The notes under the pieces are model-generated. The model was not told where the DNA came from. It did not search any database and saw only the letters and a program-made list of their open reading frames with translations. A program made the position numbers and the translations under genes. Shown here piece by piece: positions 63,475 through 64,000 of a DNA stretch of 64,000 nt. Origin of the DNA: an uncultured delta proteobacterium (GTDB taxonomy: Bacteria; Myxococcota; Myxococcia; Myxococcales; Myxococcaceae); assembly GCA_963713045.1 (NCBI GenBank), contig CAVQKE010000001.1:1-64000 (forward strand), written 5' to 3'. The first letter of the stretch is position 1. Each line of letters opens with the position of its first letter.

Positions 63475-64000
63475 CTACTGGTTTGGCTGTGTGCCGTGCC
63501 CAGCCTGTGGTGCCGACAGCAACACCGGCGTCGACTGCGCGCCCGGCCCCAGGACGACGGTCTTGGCGTTTCCGGAAGTCGCGAGCTTCTCAAGCTGTAA
63601 GATTCTTTCGAATTCGAGAATCGACGGCGTGAGACTCGATGAGACGGCCCGGTTGTAGTCGGCGATGCCCTGTGCCTCGACTCGCTTCTGGTCTGCCTCG
63701 GCCTTGGTGATTTGAAGAACGTAGTTCATCTTGAAAACCTCCTGCTCGGCGGCCAGCTTCTGGTCGATGGCCTGTCGAATCGCGGGAGGTAGCTCGACAT
63801 TCCGGATGAGGACGGCCTCGATGATGAGGTGCTTGCCCGTCGCGCGGCTAACCAGCTGCTCGCGTATTTCACGTTCGATGACGTCCCGCTTGGTCGAATA
63901 GATTTCCTCAGGCGAATACTGGCCGACCACCCGGCGCGCATCGGAGCGGACCAAGGGTTCCAGGATAATGTTGTAATAGTCGGGGCCAATTTCCTCTTGG
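63475..64000 (-). CDS. SPFH/prohibitin family protein; 5' end outside the window
   Basis: YSPEEIYSTKR, IRNVELP..AI..KL.AEQ, R.EAQG. Confidence 0.88.
   Translation of the reverse strand, partial: QEEIGPDYYNIILEPLVRSDARRVVGQYSPEEIYSTKRDVIEREIREQLVSRATGKHLIIEAVLIRNVELPPAIRQAIDQKLAAEQEVFKMNYVLQITKAEADQKRVEAQGIADYNRAVSSSLTPSILEFERILQLEKLATSGNAKTVVLGPGAQSTPVLLSAPQAGHGTQPNQ

Overview
The window joins two unrelated sequences at about 28,180. The left part (1-28,180) looks planctomycete (Isosphaeraceae-like). It has DUF4058, a DUF433/DUF5615 toxin-antitoxin pair, fumC and msrB, then a dense mobile-element field: four RAYT (Y1 HUH) transposase genes or remnants with REP-like repeats, an ISAzo13-family IS splitting a Uma2 gene, an unclassified Mutator/IS256-like IS, two copies of a TA-targeting MITE and a group II intron remnant. 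It ends with a large beta-helix secreted protein, an FRG + PD-(D/E)XK nuclease pair and a truncated RcnA-like transporter. The right part (28,180-64,000) looks myxobacterial: two desaturases, rsmE, pepP, a metY-metX-aspartokinase/homoserine dehydrogenase operon, grxD/bolA/yqgE, tig-clpP-clpX and lon, tRNA-Leu, and a cbrXAB-like system followed by an Acs-like protein and an MFS transporter. The two best leads are (1) an unannotated 35-aa Met/Cys-rich leader peptide with mutually exclusive anti-SD pairings upstream of the met operon, a candidate dual Met/Cys translational attenuator, and (2) a CbrXAB-like module followed by two sigma54 promoters, each with a GTTAC-N5-GTARC site exactly 90 bp upstream, driving a catalytically degenerate Acs homologue and a transporter. 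Many single-base frameshifts suggest uncorrected long-read errors. All calls come from reading the sequence; no searches were run.
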